Positions 1 through 9,223 of a DNA stretch of 64,000 nt are shown here, in pieces. The stretch is taken from the NCBI RefSeq assembly GCF_000775995.1, contig NZ_CP009227.1, positions 1,902,296-1,966,295 on the forward strand. The letters are read 5' to 3'. Source of the stretch: Treponema sp. OMZ 838. GTDB lineage: Bacteria > Spirochaetota > Spirochaetia > Treponematales > Treponemataceae. How positions within the stretch are numbered: position 1 is the first letter of the stretch; every line of letters starts with the position of its first letter. The translations under genes and the position numbers were made by a program. Below the pieces are notes generated by a model, which was given only the letters and a program-made list of their open reading frames with translations, made no database searches and had not been told where the DNA came from.

Positions 1-371
1 TTGTTATTTCGACGGTACTCGCCTGTATCGGGCAGATTATCTTCTTGCAGAATATGGGAAACATGAGCACCTATAACGCGCATGATCAAACCGGTTTCTT
101 TGCCGCCGCGGCAATCCTTGTCGGAGGCGCTTCGGTAAATAAGGCAAATATTAAAAATGTCTTTATCGGCATTATCTTGCTGCACTTTTTGTACATCGTT
201 ACGCCGATGGCGGGACAGCACCTTTTTGATTCTGCGATGATCGGTGAATACTTTAGACAGTTTTCCGGCTATGCGGCGATTGCGTTATCGCTTGTCATGC
301 ACGCAGCGCGTAATCAAAAGAATGCGGAAAAACAGCGGGCTGCGCTGCGGGCCGAAAGCGGGAGGGCATAA
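1..371 (+). CDS. C-terminal fragment of an integral membrane protein, probably an ABC-type permease; 5' end lies outside the window
   Basis: The frame is open from base 3 with no upstream stop and the listed ORF begins with TTG at 45. The translation is hydrophobic and glycine-rich, like the last two TM helices of BPD_transp_2-type permeases. Its stop overlaps the next start (ATGA). Confidence 0.35.
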   Translation, partial: VISTVLACIGQIIFLQNMGNMSTYNAHDQTGFFAAAAILVGGASVNKANIKNVFIGIILLHFLYIVTPMAGQHLFDSAMIGEYFRQFSGYAAIALSLVMHAARNQKNAEKQRAALRAESGRA

Positions 372-775
372 TGATTCGGGTACGTTCAAAAAAAGGTCAG
401 CGGCTGGTTAAAATAGGCTTGGTTGTTTTTTATTTGCTCATTATGGCGCTTATGTTTTTATTCGGCCGCTCTCATACCGTGCTGATAGACAACAATAGCG
501 ATCCGAACGGCGCATATAAAGCGATTGACGGCTGTACCATTTCGTTTAACGGTGAAAAGCCGATCGAGATGTTTAAGGGCGACCGCGATAAAATTATGCT
601 GCGGGGTCAGACTCATCATGTAAAGGTTAGCTTCTTTAACGGACAAGAAGATGTTACCGGTACTATCACCATTCCGCTTTTTGAAGATGCGGTGATGGTG
701 TCAATTCCGGCCTTTACGAGAGGCGAAAATGCCGTTACTCACTTTGAGCTGTATGCTCCGGCGGAAGAGCGGTAA
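371..775 (+). CDS. hypothetical protein with an N-terminal TM anchor
   Basis: 134-aa ORF translationally coupled to the upstream gene; N-terminal hydrophobic helix; no recognisable catalytic motif. Confidence 0.4.
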   Translation: MIRVRSKKGQRLVKIGLVVFYLLIMALMFLFGRSHTVLIDNNSDPNGAYKAIDGCTISFNGEKPIEMFKGDRDKIMLRGQTHHVKVSFFNGQEDVTGTITIPLFEDAVMVSIPAFTRGENAVTHFELYAPAEER

Positions 776-782
776 TGATGAG

Positions 783-813
783 ACCTGTTCGATAACTGCG
801 TTGCCGAACAGGT
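783..813. terminator. REP-like terminator hairpin ACCTGTTCG-ATAACTGCGTTGC-CGAACAGGT followed by a T-rich tract
   Basis: Perfect 9-bp inverted repeat 8 nt after the stop codon, followed by TTTATTCTATATTTTTTT. The same loop sequence recurs at 9013-9043. Confidence 0.55.
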
Positions 814-818
814 TTATT

Positions 819-1556
819 CTATATTTTTTTGAGTGCGGCAACTTCATCGGGGGTAAGCTCGCGGCAAGAACCGGCAGGTAATTGCCGGTCGAGCATGACG
901 CCGCCCATCGAAATCCGCTTGAGGTAGACTACTTCATTTCCCAGTGCTTTTATCATTTTTTTTACTTGATGGTATTTCCCTTCACATATATGCATCAAAA
1001 ATGCCCATTCGGTTTTTATGTTTTGAGCTTCCGTGCGTTCAAAGGTTGCTGGAAGGCAGATGAAGTTTTTTCCGAGCGGTAATCCTTGACTACAGGCTGT
1101 TTGGGCGGCATTAAATTCAGCTTCGGGGAAAGGGGCTGCCGTTTCAAGATAATAGCTTTTGATGCAGGCTGATTTCGGAGCGGTAAGCCGGTGGGTGAGT
1201 TCCCCGTCATCGGTAATGATGAGCAGCCCTTCGGTATCGAGGTCGAGCCGCCCGATGGGGAAAAGATTCATTGCGGAAAAAGGCGGCGGCAGCAGCTCCA
1301 TAACGGTGCGGTGCAGCGGATCGGAGGTAGAAGTAACAACCCCAGCCGGTTTGTTCAGCATAAGGTAACAGCAGGTACGGAGATACAGTTGTTCCCCGTT
1401 GTGTAAAAGCGTATCGTGTTCAGGGTCAAGCAGCGTCCCTGCATCGGTTACCCGTGTGCCGTTGATTCGGAAATCTTCTTTACGCAAAAGCCGCCGTATA
1501 TCTTTCCGCGACCCCAATCCGTTCGCAGCGAGTATTTTATCTATTCTTACAAGCAT
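819..1556 (-). CDS. rsuA: 16S rRNA pseudouridine synthase (RsuA/RluB family)
   Basis: S4-like N-terminus (IDKILAANGLGSRKDIRRLL) and the catalytic GRLDxDTEGLL motif of RsuA/RluB pseudouridine synthases. Confidence 0.85.
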   Translation of the reverse strand: MLVRIDKILAANGLGSRKDIRRLLRKEDFRINGTRVTDAGTLLDPEHDTLLHNGEQLYLRTCCYLMLNKPAGVVTSTSDPLHRTVMELLPPPFSAMNLFPIGRLDLDTEGLLIITDDGELTHRLTAPKSACIKSYYLETAAPFPEAEFNAAQTACSQGLPLGKNFICLPATFERTEAQNIKTEWAFLMHICEGKYHQVKKMIKALGNEVVYLKRISMGGVMLDRQLPAGSCRELTPDEVAALKKI

Positions 1557-1572
1557 GCTCTGTAAATGGCGT

Positions 1573-2433
1573 TTAACCCGTAGTCAGGCGGCGGTACAGT
1601 TTCCGTACACCTTCGGTTCTGTCTTTCAGTAGTGCAGTAATGCAGGGGCGCCCGATCATGACCTGCGTTGCACCGAGCCGTTTCGCAGCGGCAATATCCG
1701 CGCGGCTCCGCAATCCGCCGTCTACCCACACCTCGCCTGCAAACTTACGGAGCGTACTGCCGTACTCGGCTAAGAAATCCGCCGTACTGCCGCGCCTTGT
1801 TTCTATCCTGCCGCCGTGATTGGAAATAACGGCAATATCGGGACGCAGCTCTTTTACCAGCTCCACATTTTCGGGTAAAAATATTCCTTTAATTGCAAAA
1901 GGCTTTTGTGCATACCGCTGTATTTCTTTCAGACTCTGTGCATCTTTTTGTTCAAGCTGAACCAGGTTGCGCATCGTTACAATATTATAGGAATCGATAT
2001 CGATCCCTATCAGATCGGCAGAATCGCGTACCCAATCTATCCGTTCAAAGATACGGGGATTAGGATACGGCTTAATGAACACCGCTCCGGTTTTTCCGTA
2101 CCGCCGGAGGGCTGCAAGGCCTCCCTGTATCTTTGCATCGGGGTAGCCGTCTCCAATGCTGAGCAGGAACCCTGCTTCGGCACAGGCTTCAATTAAATCG
2201 AAATAAAACGCGGCCTCGTCTTCGTAGCCGACATTTTCGACACCGCCGGTAATAGGCGCCAATCTAATGGGAGGCAACACATCATCACATAGCGTATCGC
2301 TATAATATTTTCGCCATGCAGAACAGTTGCTGATAAAATTGGCGCTTTGAAATACGCCGCCCATTCCGGGCAGCTCGCCGAGACAGCCGTATCCGTCGCA
2401 TTCGGCACAAAAATAACATTTATATCCGCTCAT
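1573..2433 (-). CDS. FMN-dependent alpha-hydroxy-acid dehydrogenase/oxidase family TIM-barrel protein
   Basis: The ISNHGGR ... VDGGLRSRADIAAAKRLGATQVMIGRP C-terminal region resembles the FMN_dh family (lactate oxidase / glycolate oxidase). The N-terminus is Cys-rich. Confidence 0.6.
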   Translation of the reverse strand: MSGYKCYFCAECDGYGCLGELPGMGGVFQSANFISNCSAWRKYYSDTLCDDVLPPIRLAPITGGVENVGYEDEAAFYFDLIEACAEAGFLLSIGDGYPDAKIQGGLAALRRYGKTGAVFIKPYPNPRIFERIDWVRDSADLIGIDIDSYNIVTMRNLVQLEQKDAQSLKEIQRYAQKPFAIKGIFLPENVELVKELRPDIAVISNHGGRIETRRGSTADFLAEYGSTLRKFAGEVWVDGGLRSRADIAAAKRLGATQVMIGRPCITALLKDRTEGVRKLYRRLTTG

Positions 2434-2467
2434 GATTTTCTACAATAGGGGGTAGCATTTTATTCAT

Positions 2468-3646
2468 TTATAAATTACGTTTCAGTGCTATCTTGGCTTC
2501 AAACATAGAAGTTGGAGTACTGTAAAGAAGCGGGTAAAACGAAAAACGGAAATCAAGATCGCACGGTCCGATATTCAGTGTATAGAACGGCGTAAAGGCG
2601 AGTACTACGAGCTGCATATTCGTCGGGCGTGTTATCGGCAGGGCAATCAGACTGTGAAATCCCCCCTGCATTTTATTTAATTCCATCCTTCCAAAACCAA
2701 AGAACATATTTAACCCGCCGTAGAGCTCATTATGAACGATAGTAAAAGGCTTTATAAGCGGTGCAGCAGGAAAAAGCCCGCCGGATTGAGTGTCCCGAAT
2801 CTTGGAAATAAAGAATGTAAAATCAAAGTCCATACGTTCAAGTGCGATACGCGGTTCAAAAAATGCAAAGAGATTGCCGATAAAATCCTGTTGCAGTGTT
2901 GCGCTTCTAAAATTCGTTTTATGCAACCCAACCTGCGTAAAAATACCGACATTATCATGAACGGTAAAAAGTGCCGAAGCTGATGTGGCAAGAGATACTT
3001 TTGCCGCTTTATCGCTAATATGAAAGGAGAAGTTTGCATTGATAAGTGCAATATTGGTGAAAACACCTCCCTGTGCGTATAGGCTGTATTCTTGTTTATC
3101 ATTTATCCCTCCGTTCCAGCTGAAAGAGCCTCCTACATACCCGGTATTCAAAATGAGTCCTGCAGCACTGACACCTAAGCCTTCACGAGGACGCGGCGGT
3201 GTAAAAAGCGCGGCAATATCGTTTTCATACATTTTTACCGGCCGTATACGCTGCTTAAGAAAATAAAAACTATACTGTTCGCCGGTAAGACTTTGGTGCT
3301 CTCCCGTAAAGACTGATAAAATCAGCGGCTGGCCTATAAAATTCGGAAAGTTCAGAGAAAAATCAACACAGGTGAATTGTCCCGGTATCCGCGACAGTTG
3401 TTCCGGATGGAAAAAACGCAGCACATCAGGAATATAGAGCGCAAGGTTTAAGTCGCTGTAAAAACGTTCTCCGTGCAGTAAACGGAAATTAACGGACGAT
3501 TCTTGGACTATACTGAATTGTGACAAGCCGCCCGGCTGTTTACCTGCCAATATCCCGAAGTTAAATTCAGGCACATTAACCTCTAAGGCTGCGGCGGTGT
3601 ATATCATCGAAAAACAAACAAAGATACGTGCGATAAATTTTTTCAT
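2468..3646 (-). CDS. hypothetical secreted / outer-membrane-like protein
   Basis: 392 aa with an N-terminal signal peptide (MKKFIARIFVCFSMIYTAAA) and beta-rich, aromatic-rich composition; no enzymatic motif. Confidence 0.4.
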   Translation of the reverse strand: MKKFIARIFVCFSMIYTAAALEVNVPEFNFGILAGKQPGGLSQFSIVQESSVNFRLLHGERFYSDLNLALYIPDVLRFFHPEQLSRIPGQFTCVDFSLNFPNFIGQPLILSVFTGEHQSLTGEQYSFYFLKQRIRPVKMYENDIAALFTPPRPREGLGVSAAGLILNTGYVGGSFSWNGGINDKQEYSLYAQGGVFTNIALINANFSFHISDKAAKVSLATSASALFTVHDNVGIFTQVGLHKTNFRSATLQQDFIGNLFAFFEPRIALERMDFDFTFFISKIRDTQSGGLFPAAPLIKPFTIVHNELYGGLNMFFGFGRMELNKMQGGFHSLIALPITRPTNMQLVVLAFTPFYTLNIGPCDLDFRFSFYPLLYSTPTSMFEAKIALKRNL

Positions 3647-3677
3647 TTCAAACTCCCTTTACAGTTTCGGTATTTTT

Positions 3678-4496
3678 TCAGTGCTGCTTGATTCCTTTTC
3701 GCAAGCGCAGAGAGAGCATCTCAAGTAAAATGACAGTACCGAAAATAACGTAGGTGATAACGCCGACTTCCCGTATATCATAATAGAGATTCCCTGCCAT
3801 GAATAAATAGTACCCGATACCGCCTGATCCTGCAGCGGCACCGATCGCAACGGCATTGATAAAATTAATTTCAAAACGGAAGAATGTCCATGAAATAATG
3901 GAAGTTGCAGCCACCGGAATAACCGCTTGCGTAATAATGCCGGAAAATCCCGCCCCGCATGCCCGCAAAGCATCGATCGTGTCACGGTTAATCTGTTCAA
4001 AGCTTTCGGAAAACACTTTTACCAAATAGGCAATGCTGTGAAAGCACATACCGATAACGGCGGCATCGGTACCGATATTAACCGTAACCGAGAAAACCAG
4101 TACCCAAATGATGGTGGGGATTGACCGGATAACTGCGGCGATAATGCGGATTACTTTTACAACAGCCGGAGGGGCAATGTTGCGGGCAGCTCCGAGCGCC
4201 AAGAAAAACGCAATAGCGGCGCCGCCGATTGTTGTTAAAATCGACAGTGCGAAACTGATGCCGAGTGAGTACACGAGTTCACCAATCGGTAAATGATCTG
4301 ACCGCTTCGGTTGTAAAAAAAGGATGCGCCCGTAATGGAGCAGATTATCCCATGAACTTTTCCAATCGATTGTTTCCTGCGCAAGGAGCAAGTATCCCCA
4401 GATGCTGATGCCGAAAAGAACTGCAAATACAAGAGAGAGCGTATATTGTTTTTTTCTCGGCAATCGGCAGCGGTCAATATTGGTATGGGTTTTCAT
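3678..4496 (-). CDS. phnE: phosphonate ABC transporter permease PhnE
   Basis: PhnE-type permease with six TM segments and a BPD_transp_1 EAA-like loop; last gene of the phnDCEE cluster. Confidence 0.8.
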   Translation of the reverse strand: MKTHTNIDRCRLPRKKQYTLSLVFAVLFGISIWGYLLLAQETIDWKSSWDNLLHYGRILFLQPKRSDHLPIGELVYSLGISFALSILTTIGGAAIAFFLALGAARNIAPPAVVKVIRIIAAVIRSIPTIIWVLVFSVTVNIGTDAAVIGMCFHSIAYLVKVFSESFEQINRDTIDALRACGAGFSGIITQAVIPVAATSIISWTFFRFEINFINAVAIGAAAGSGGIGYYLFMAGNLYYDIREVGVITYVIFGTVILLEMLSLRLRKGIKQH

Positions 4497-5347
4497 AGTA
4501 AGATCCTTCGTACCCTGTTGGAAATACTGTCGATGCAGAGTACGAGTATCATCAATACACAGATGATGAGCCCTGCTTCGGGATAGCGGAAGCTCTTAAA
4601 ATACAGATTGAAGAGAAATCCGATACCCGTACCCGTTAAGATACCGATCAGTGCCGAGTCTCTGACATTGGTTTCTATTGCATAAAGCAGCCATGAAATA
4701 AAAAGCGGGAGAACATTCGGTAATACCCCGTGAATGATAATCGGCATATACGGTACACCGGCCGCTTCCAATGCCGTATACGATTCTTCCGCATGAGAGT
4801 CTATAATTTCGGTAAATGCCCGCGTTAAATGTCCTGCCGTGATAAAAAAAAGAGCCAAAAAACCGGTTATGGCATTTTGCTTAAAGGATAATAGCAAGAG
4901 AATAGACCATGCGGGGAGGGGGATGTTTCTAAAAAAAGATGCCGCGCCGGAACAGACAATACGCAGTACACGGAAGCGTCCGGTTGTTTGAGAACCGGCA
5001 ACTGCCGCTATGCAGGCAACGCCAAAAGCCGTAGTTGATGCCGTTATCGCGATAACGGCGGTGTGCAGCGAAGTCTTAAAAATAAGCGGCAGCACCGCAA
5101 TCGATTGCGCCGATGGGAAAAAGTTTCGTATCAGCCAATACAGTCCGCGTGGGATGCCGGTTACCGCATTCCATGCCGTAAGTCCCGTCATAATTGCCGA
5201 AGCAACATATAACACGGCAGCCGTGAAAAAAAGAGTCAATGTTCTTACTTTCTTTTTTTTGAAGAAAGCTTCCGAAGAAGGTGAGTGACGGTGCCGGTGT
5301 GGTTCAAAGGCATGGTATTGTCTGCCTATCGGAATATCAAATTTCAT
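4493..5347 (-). CDS. phnE: phosphonate ABC transporter permease PhnE (second copy)
   Basis: PhnE-like C-terminus (GILTGTGIGFLFNLYFKSFRY). The listed ORF extends to 5431 but overlaps phnC by 95 nt. The internal Met (MKFDIPIG) at 5347 gives an 11-nt overlap and is the more plausible start. Confidence 0.7.
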   Translation of the reverse strand: MKFDIPIGRQYHAFEPHRHRHSPSSEAFFKKKKVRTLTLFFTAAVLYVASAIMTGLTAWNAVTGIPRGLYWLIRNFFPSAQSIAVLPLIFKTSLHTAVIAITASTTAFGVACIAAVAGSQTTGRFRVLRIVCSGAASFFRNIPLPAWSILLLLSFKQNAITGFLALFFITAGHLTRAFTEIIDSHAEESYTALEAAGVPYMPIIIHGVLPNVLPLFISWLLYAIETNVRDSALIGILTGTGIGFLFNLYFKSFRYPEAGLIICVLMILVLCIDSISNRVRRILL

Positions 5348-6110
5348 GGCCGTCTTTCTTTTCGGTATGGGATCCGGAAGAAAAAATAGCGTGCAGCGCT
5401 TCTTCCGACAGTTCTTCCGGTTTTCCGTCAAAAACCACTTTCCCGTTACCTAAACCGATAATTCTGTCGGAATATCGTTTTGCATATTCAACATGATGCA
5501 GATTCATGATGCAGGTAAGATTCCGCGTTCTGACGATCTTTTCGATATAATCAAGGATATCTTGTGCGTTTTGCGGATCAAGCGAAGACACCGGTTCATC
5601 GCATAAGAGTATTTCCGGATTTTGCATCAATGCCCGCGCAATGCCGGTACGCTGTTTTTGGCCGCCACTTAAATCCGTACACCGCTGATACAGGTAATCA
5701 GAAAGTCCGAGCTCTTCCAGCATCGCCAGTGCCCGTGCTCTTTCCTCCTGCGTATACAGCCCGAATAGGCTGCGGTACAACGGCAGTGCGCCGAGACAGC
5801 CATGGAGCGTGTTCTCCAGAACGGTGAGCCGTTCTACCAGATTATAGTTTTGAAAAATCATTCCGATTTTTCTACGGAGTTGTTTTAAGCGGCGCCCGGT
5901 CATTTTTTGCAATGCTTCACCGTCGATTTCAACCGTACCGGCAGTACAGTCGATGAGTCGGTTGATACAACGGATAAAGGTTGTTTTACCCGCCCCCGAA
6001 GATCCGATAACGGAAACGATTGTTCCCTGTTCAATCGTAAGATCGATGGAATTAAGCGCACATCGGCCGCCTGCATATTGTTTTGAAACATTTTTAAAAG
6101 TAATCAACAA
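5337..6110 (-). CDS. phnC: phosphonate ABC transporter ATP-binding protein PhnC
   Basis: Walker A GSSGAGKTT, signature LSGGQKQR, Walker B ILLCDEP; typical PhnC length. Confidence 0.9.
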   Translation of the reverse strand: MLITFKNVSKQYAGGRCALNSIDLTIEQGTIVSVIGSSGAGKTTFIRCINRLIDCTAGTVEIDGEALQKMTGRRLKQLRRKIGMIFQNYNLVERLTVLENTLHGCLGALPLYRSLFGLYTQEERARALAMLEELGLSDYLYQRCTDLSGGQKQRTGIARALMQNPEILLCDEPVSSLDPQNAQDILDYIEKIVRTRNLTCIMNLHHVEYAKRYSDRIIGLGNGKVVFDGKPEELSEEALHAIFSSGSHTEKKDGHEI

Positions 6111-6204
6111 TTCAAACCTTATTCGTACGGAGGGTTTAATACCCCGACGCTTTACGCCGGGGTATATCGGTTACATATTTAAGCAAGATAGCAGAGGGTA
6201 TTCA

Positions 6205-7272
6205 TTACTTAGTAGAATTTCTCAGCTCATCATACCAGGCATCATCGGTAGCAACCAGCCGTGTCTTTTCGGAATACTTAGGATATATGCCTTTTTTACC
6301 GGAATCCTTTACATTAAAAATGCCGGGATTATTTGCCGTCTTATCCGATGTCAGCGCATCTCGTATCTTTTGTATATCCGAGGCTGAAACCGTATTCGTA
6401 TTAACGGTAATCGGCGCATTTAAGACCGGAATTGAGCGGATGACGGTCATTTCACTTCCTGCAAAGGATGTGAAGGGTTCGTCGGCTCCTACGGTTACGC
6501 GGTATACGGCGCCTGTTTTATAATCTTCCCCGTCGAGCAGTTCATACACACCGATTGTCTGCGGGATCGCAAAGGCCGCCGCATCAGCATCACCACGGAA
6601 AAGATTTACCTGTGAGCCCTGATGAGAACCGGCAAACAGCACTTTGGAAAATACCTTGTCGCTCAAGATAAGATCATCGGTGTTGTCAATAGAAAAAGCC
6701 GCTGCTAAAACGCGTGCGGGAATAACAAAACCCGATGTGGAACTTGCCGCTACAAACGACATTCTTTTGCCTTGCAATAGGCTTAAATCAAAACTGCCGT
6801 CGGCTTTTCTATAGATATCGGCATCTTTCCTCTGGACGCCGATAAAGCTGTAATACTTTGCATCGTCAAGCGTTCCGCTGGGCCCCGAATTCGTTGCAAC
6901 AGGGATAACGGCGCTGTTCCGTTTATGTGCAGTAATGTATCCTTCGGCACCGACATAGGCCATATCAGCCTTACCGGAAACGAGCGCTTCCAATGCGATG
7001 TTATAATCGGTCGTGGTAAGAATTTTAACGTCTCGGCCGACAGCTTCTTTTAAAATTTCTTGGAATGCAGCACGGGCATCCTTCATGGATTCGCTTGATT
7101 CATTGGGATAAAAAACCATGGTAAGCGGCTTTTGTTCCTTTTTGCTGCATGAACAAACAAGGAGTGTTGATAGGCAAAGTACGAAAAAGAACGGTTTAAC
7201 ATACCGCAACAACTTTCCGACGTTTTGGCGGGACATATCACCAATTAAAAATGATTTCATCACTTTCTCCAA
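6205..7272 (-). CDS. phnD: phosphonate ABC transporter substrate-binding lipoprotein PhnD
   Basis: PhnD family periplasmic binding protein with a lipoprotein signal (LSTLLVCSCS); first gene of the operon. The real start is probably an internal Met near 7236-7260. Confidence 0.8.
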   Translation of the reverse strand: MEKVMKSFLIGDMSRQNVGKLLRYVKPFFFVLCLSTLLVCSCSKKEQKPLTMVFYPNESSESMKDARAAFQEILKEAVGRDVKILTTTDYNIALEALVSGKADMAYVGAEGYITAHKRNSAVIPVATNSGPSGTLDDAKYYSFIGVQRKDADIYRKADGSFDLSLLQGKRMSFVAASSTSGFVIPARVLAAAFSIDNTDDLILSDKVFSKVLFAGSHQGSQVNLFRGDADAAAFAIPQTIGVYELLDGEDYKTGAVYRVTVGADEPFTSFAGSEMTVIRSIPVLNAPITVNTNTVSASDIQKIRDALTSDKTANNPGIFNVKDSGKKGIYPKYSEKTRLVATDDAWYDELRNSTK

Positions 7273-7411
7273 ATTTGAAGGACTGCTAAAACAGTTTTTA
7301 GCGGTTCCTTTGAGTTAATTGCGTGCGCCAGTCTACTATAATTGAGGTCTTTATGCAATCGTCCGCTGTGGTTTCCGCTTTTCTACGGCATAGATAGTAT
7401 TATTCTCTCTT

Positions 7412-8215
7412 TTGTGTTACTATCGCCGCATGATCGGATTTTTTCTCAAAAAGAATTTTTTTGACGGGTGGGACAATTTTCTCCCGCTTATGATCTTTAA
7501 TGTTGCGATTATATTGATTTTTTCAGTGTTTTTCGGTTTAGCTTATTTAGTTTCAGCGGTATCGGTACTGCCGGTACTCATTTTGTTTATGTGTATCATT
7601 GGAATGGGAGTGCTGCTGTTAGCCGTTTCCAATTTGATGTCGCGTATTGCCGACTATAAATCTTTTTCATTGAAAGAAATCGGCGGAGAAATAAAACATA
7701 CGTGGCGGCATGGTGTTTTGTTCGCATTAATCGAAACTTTTTGTTGGGTTGTTGCCGGAGTTGCCGTCCCCTACTATTTTTCATTTCGGAATTTTCTCGG
7801 ACTCTTTCTCGGTGTTACTGTCGTATGGATTTTTGCGGTCATACAGCTGTCGCTTTTATGGTTTTTCCCGATACGGAGCCGGCTGGAATCGAATTTTGGC
7901 AAGTGTCTTAAAAAGTGCTTTATCGTTTTTTTTGATAATACCGGATTTACGCTTTTTATGCTGCTGTACAGTGTCGTTCTTATTATCATGACCCCGTTCT
8001 TAGCTTTTTTGGTGCCGGGCTTTTCAGGCCTCTTGCTTGCATGGAACAATGCCTTTAAACTGAGAATGTATAAATATGATTGGATTGAGCAGCATCCTGA
8101 AATACCGATTCAAACTGCACGGAAACAAATTCCGTGGGATGAGTTACTGGCGGAAGATCGGGAAACACTTGGCAGCCGGTCTATTCGAAATTTTATTTTT
8201 CCGTGGAAAGACTGA
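7412..8215 (+). CDS. hypothetical polytopic membrane protein (DUF624/YesL-like?)
   Basis: Six or more hydrophobic helices; no catalytic motif; followed by a hairpin terminator at 8229-8255. Confidence 0.45.
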   Translation: MCYYRRMIGFFLKKNFFDGWDNFLPLMIFNVAIILIFSVFFGLAYLVSAVSVLPVLILFMCIIGMGVLLLAVSNLMSRIADYKSFSLKEIGGEIKHTWRHGVLFALIETFCWVVAGVAVPYYFSFRNFLGLFLGVTVVWIFAVIQLSLLWFFPIRSRLESNFGKCLKKCFIVFFDNTGFTLFMLLYSVVLIIMTPFLAFLVPGFSGLLLAWNNAFKLRMYKYDWIEQHPEIPIQTARKQIPWDELLAEDRETLGSRSIRNFIFPWKD

Positions 8216-8300
8216 TGAATATAGGGACATCTAAAAACTCGGTGGATTTTTAGATATTCCTCATAATGATTTTGATACATTTGACAATACTAGGGAGGAT

Positions 8301-9008
8301 ATGATGAGTGTTCATATTGGAGCAAAAGAAGGTGAAATTGCCGAACGGATTTTGCTGCCGGGCGATCCGCTGCGGGCAAAATTCGTTGCTGAAAATTTTT
8401 TGGAAAATGCACGCTGTTACAATGAAGTCCGCGGTATGTACGGATTTACCGGCACGTATAAAGGAGTGCCGGTTTCCGTGCAGGGAACGGGCATGGGGCA
8501 GCCTTCCATTTCCATCTATGTGAATGAGCTTTTCCGTGAATACGGCGTGCAGAAAGCTATCCGTATCGGTACGGCGGGAGCCTTGCAAAAAGAGATTCCG
8601 TTGCGGTCTTTGATTATCGGAATGAGCGCTGCGACCAATTCCGGTTCAAATACGCTCCGTTTCCGCGGAACCCAGTTTGCGCCTACAGCGGACTGGAAGC
8701 TCTTAAAGCATGCCTATGATGCGGCTGTCCGCTTAGGGTATAACCCCTTGGTTGGCCCCATCGCCTCTTCGGATGTGTTCTATGACGAGCTTGAAACGTG
8801 GAAACTCTGGTCGAAGTACGGTCTTTTAGCGATTGAGATGGAAGCCGCCGAGCTGTACACCCTTGCCGCACAGTACAAACGGCAGGCGCTCGCACTGCTT
8901 ACCATATCCGACAATATGGTTACCCATGAAGAAACCACGGCAGAAGAGCGGCAGACATCGTTCACTGCAATGATGCAAACCGCACTTGAGGCAATTATCG
9001 CCGAATAA
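8301..9008 (+). CDS. deoD: purine nucleoside phosphorylase, DeoD type
   Basis: Full-length match to the hexameric PNP family ([44 protein letters not shown]). RBS GGGAGG upstream. Confidence 0.9.
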   Translation: MMSVHIGAKEGEIAERILLPGDPLRAKFVAENFLENARCYNEVRGMYGFTGTYKGVPVSVQGTGMGQPSISIYVNELFREYGVQKAIRIGTAGALQKEIPLRSLIIGMSAATNSGSNTLRFRGTQFAPTADWKLLKHAYDAAVRLGYNPLVGPIASSDVFYDELETWKLWSKYGLLAIEMEAAELYTLAAQYKRQALALLTISDNMVTHEETTAEERQTSFTAMMQTALEAIIAE

Positions 9009-9010
9009 AT

Positions 9011-9131
9011 AGACCTATTCGATAACTGCGTTTTCGAATAGGTCGACGAGTTCTAAATCGCACAAATAGTACGATTTAGAACATCGCATTTCACGGTAAC
9101 CTGTTCAGAAACGGAAGTTTCCGAACAGGTT
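9011..9131. repeat. three consecutive hairpins, including a second copy of the ATAACTGCGTT-loop REP-like hairpin
   Basis: 9013-9043 ACCTATTCG-ATAACTGCGTTTT-CGAATAGGT; 9050-9082 GTTCTAAATCG-(loop)-CGATTTAGAAC; 9097-9131 AACCTGTTCAG-(loop)-CCGAACAGGTT. Confidence 0.55.
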
Positions 9132-9223
9132 TAATATAAATCGAAAGAGAACGGGGCTGTCTCAAAAGTCGGTTACTTTTTTGATAACCCGTTTCCTACT
9201 TTTTTGCAAAATTGTAAGCCATT

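Noticed and set aside
5953-6387. 144-aa plus-strand ORF spanning the phnC/phnD junction
   Set aside because: It is antisense to two well-supported ABC transporter genes.
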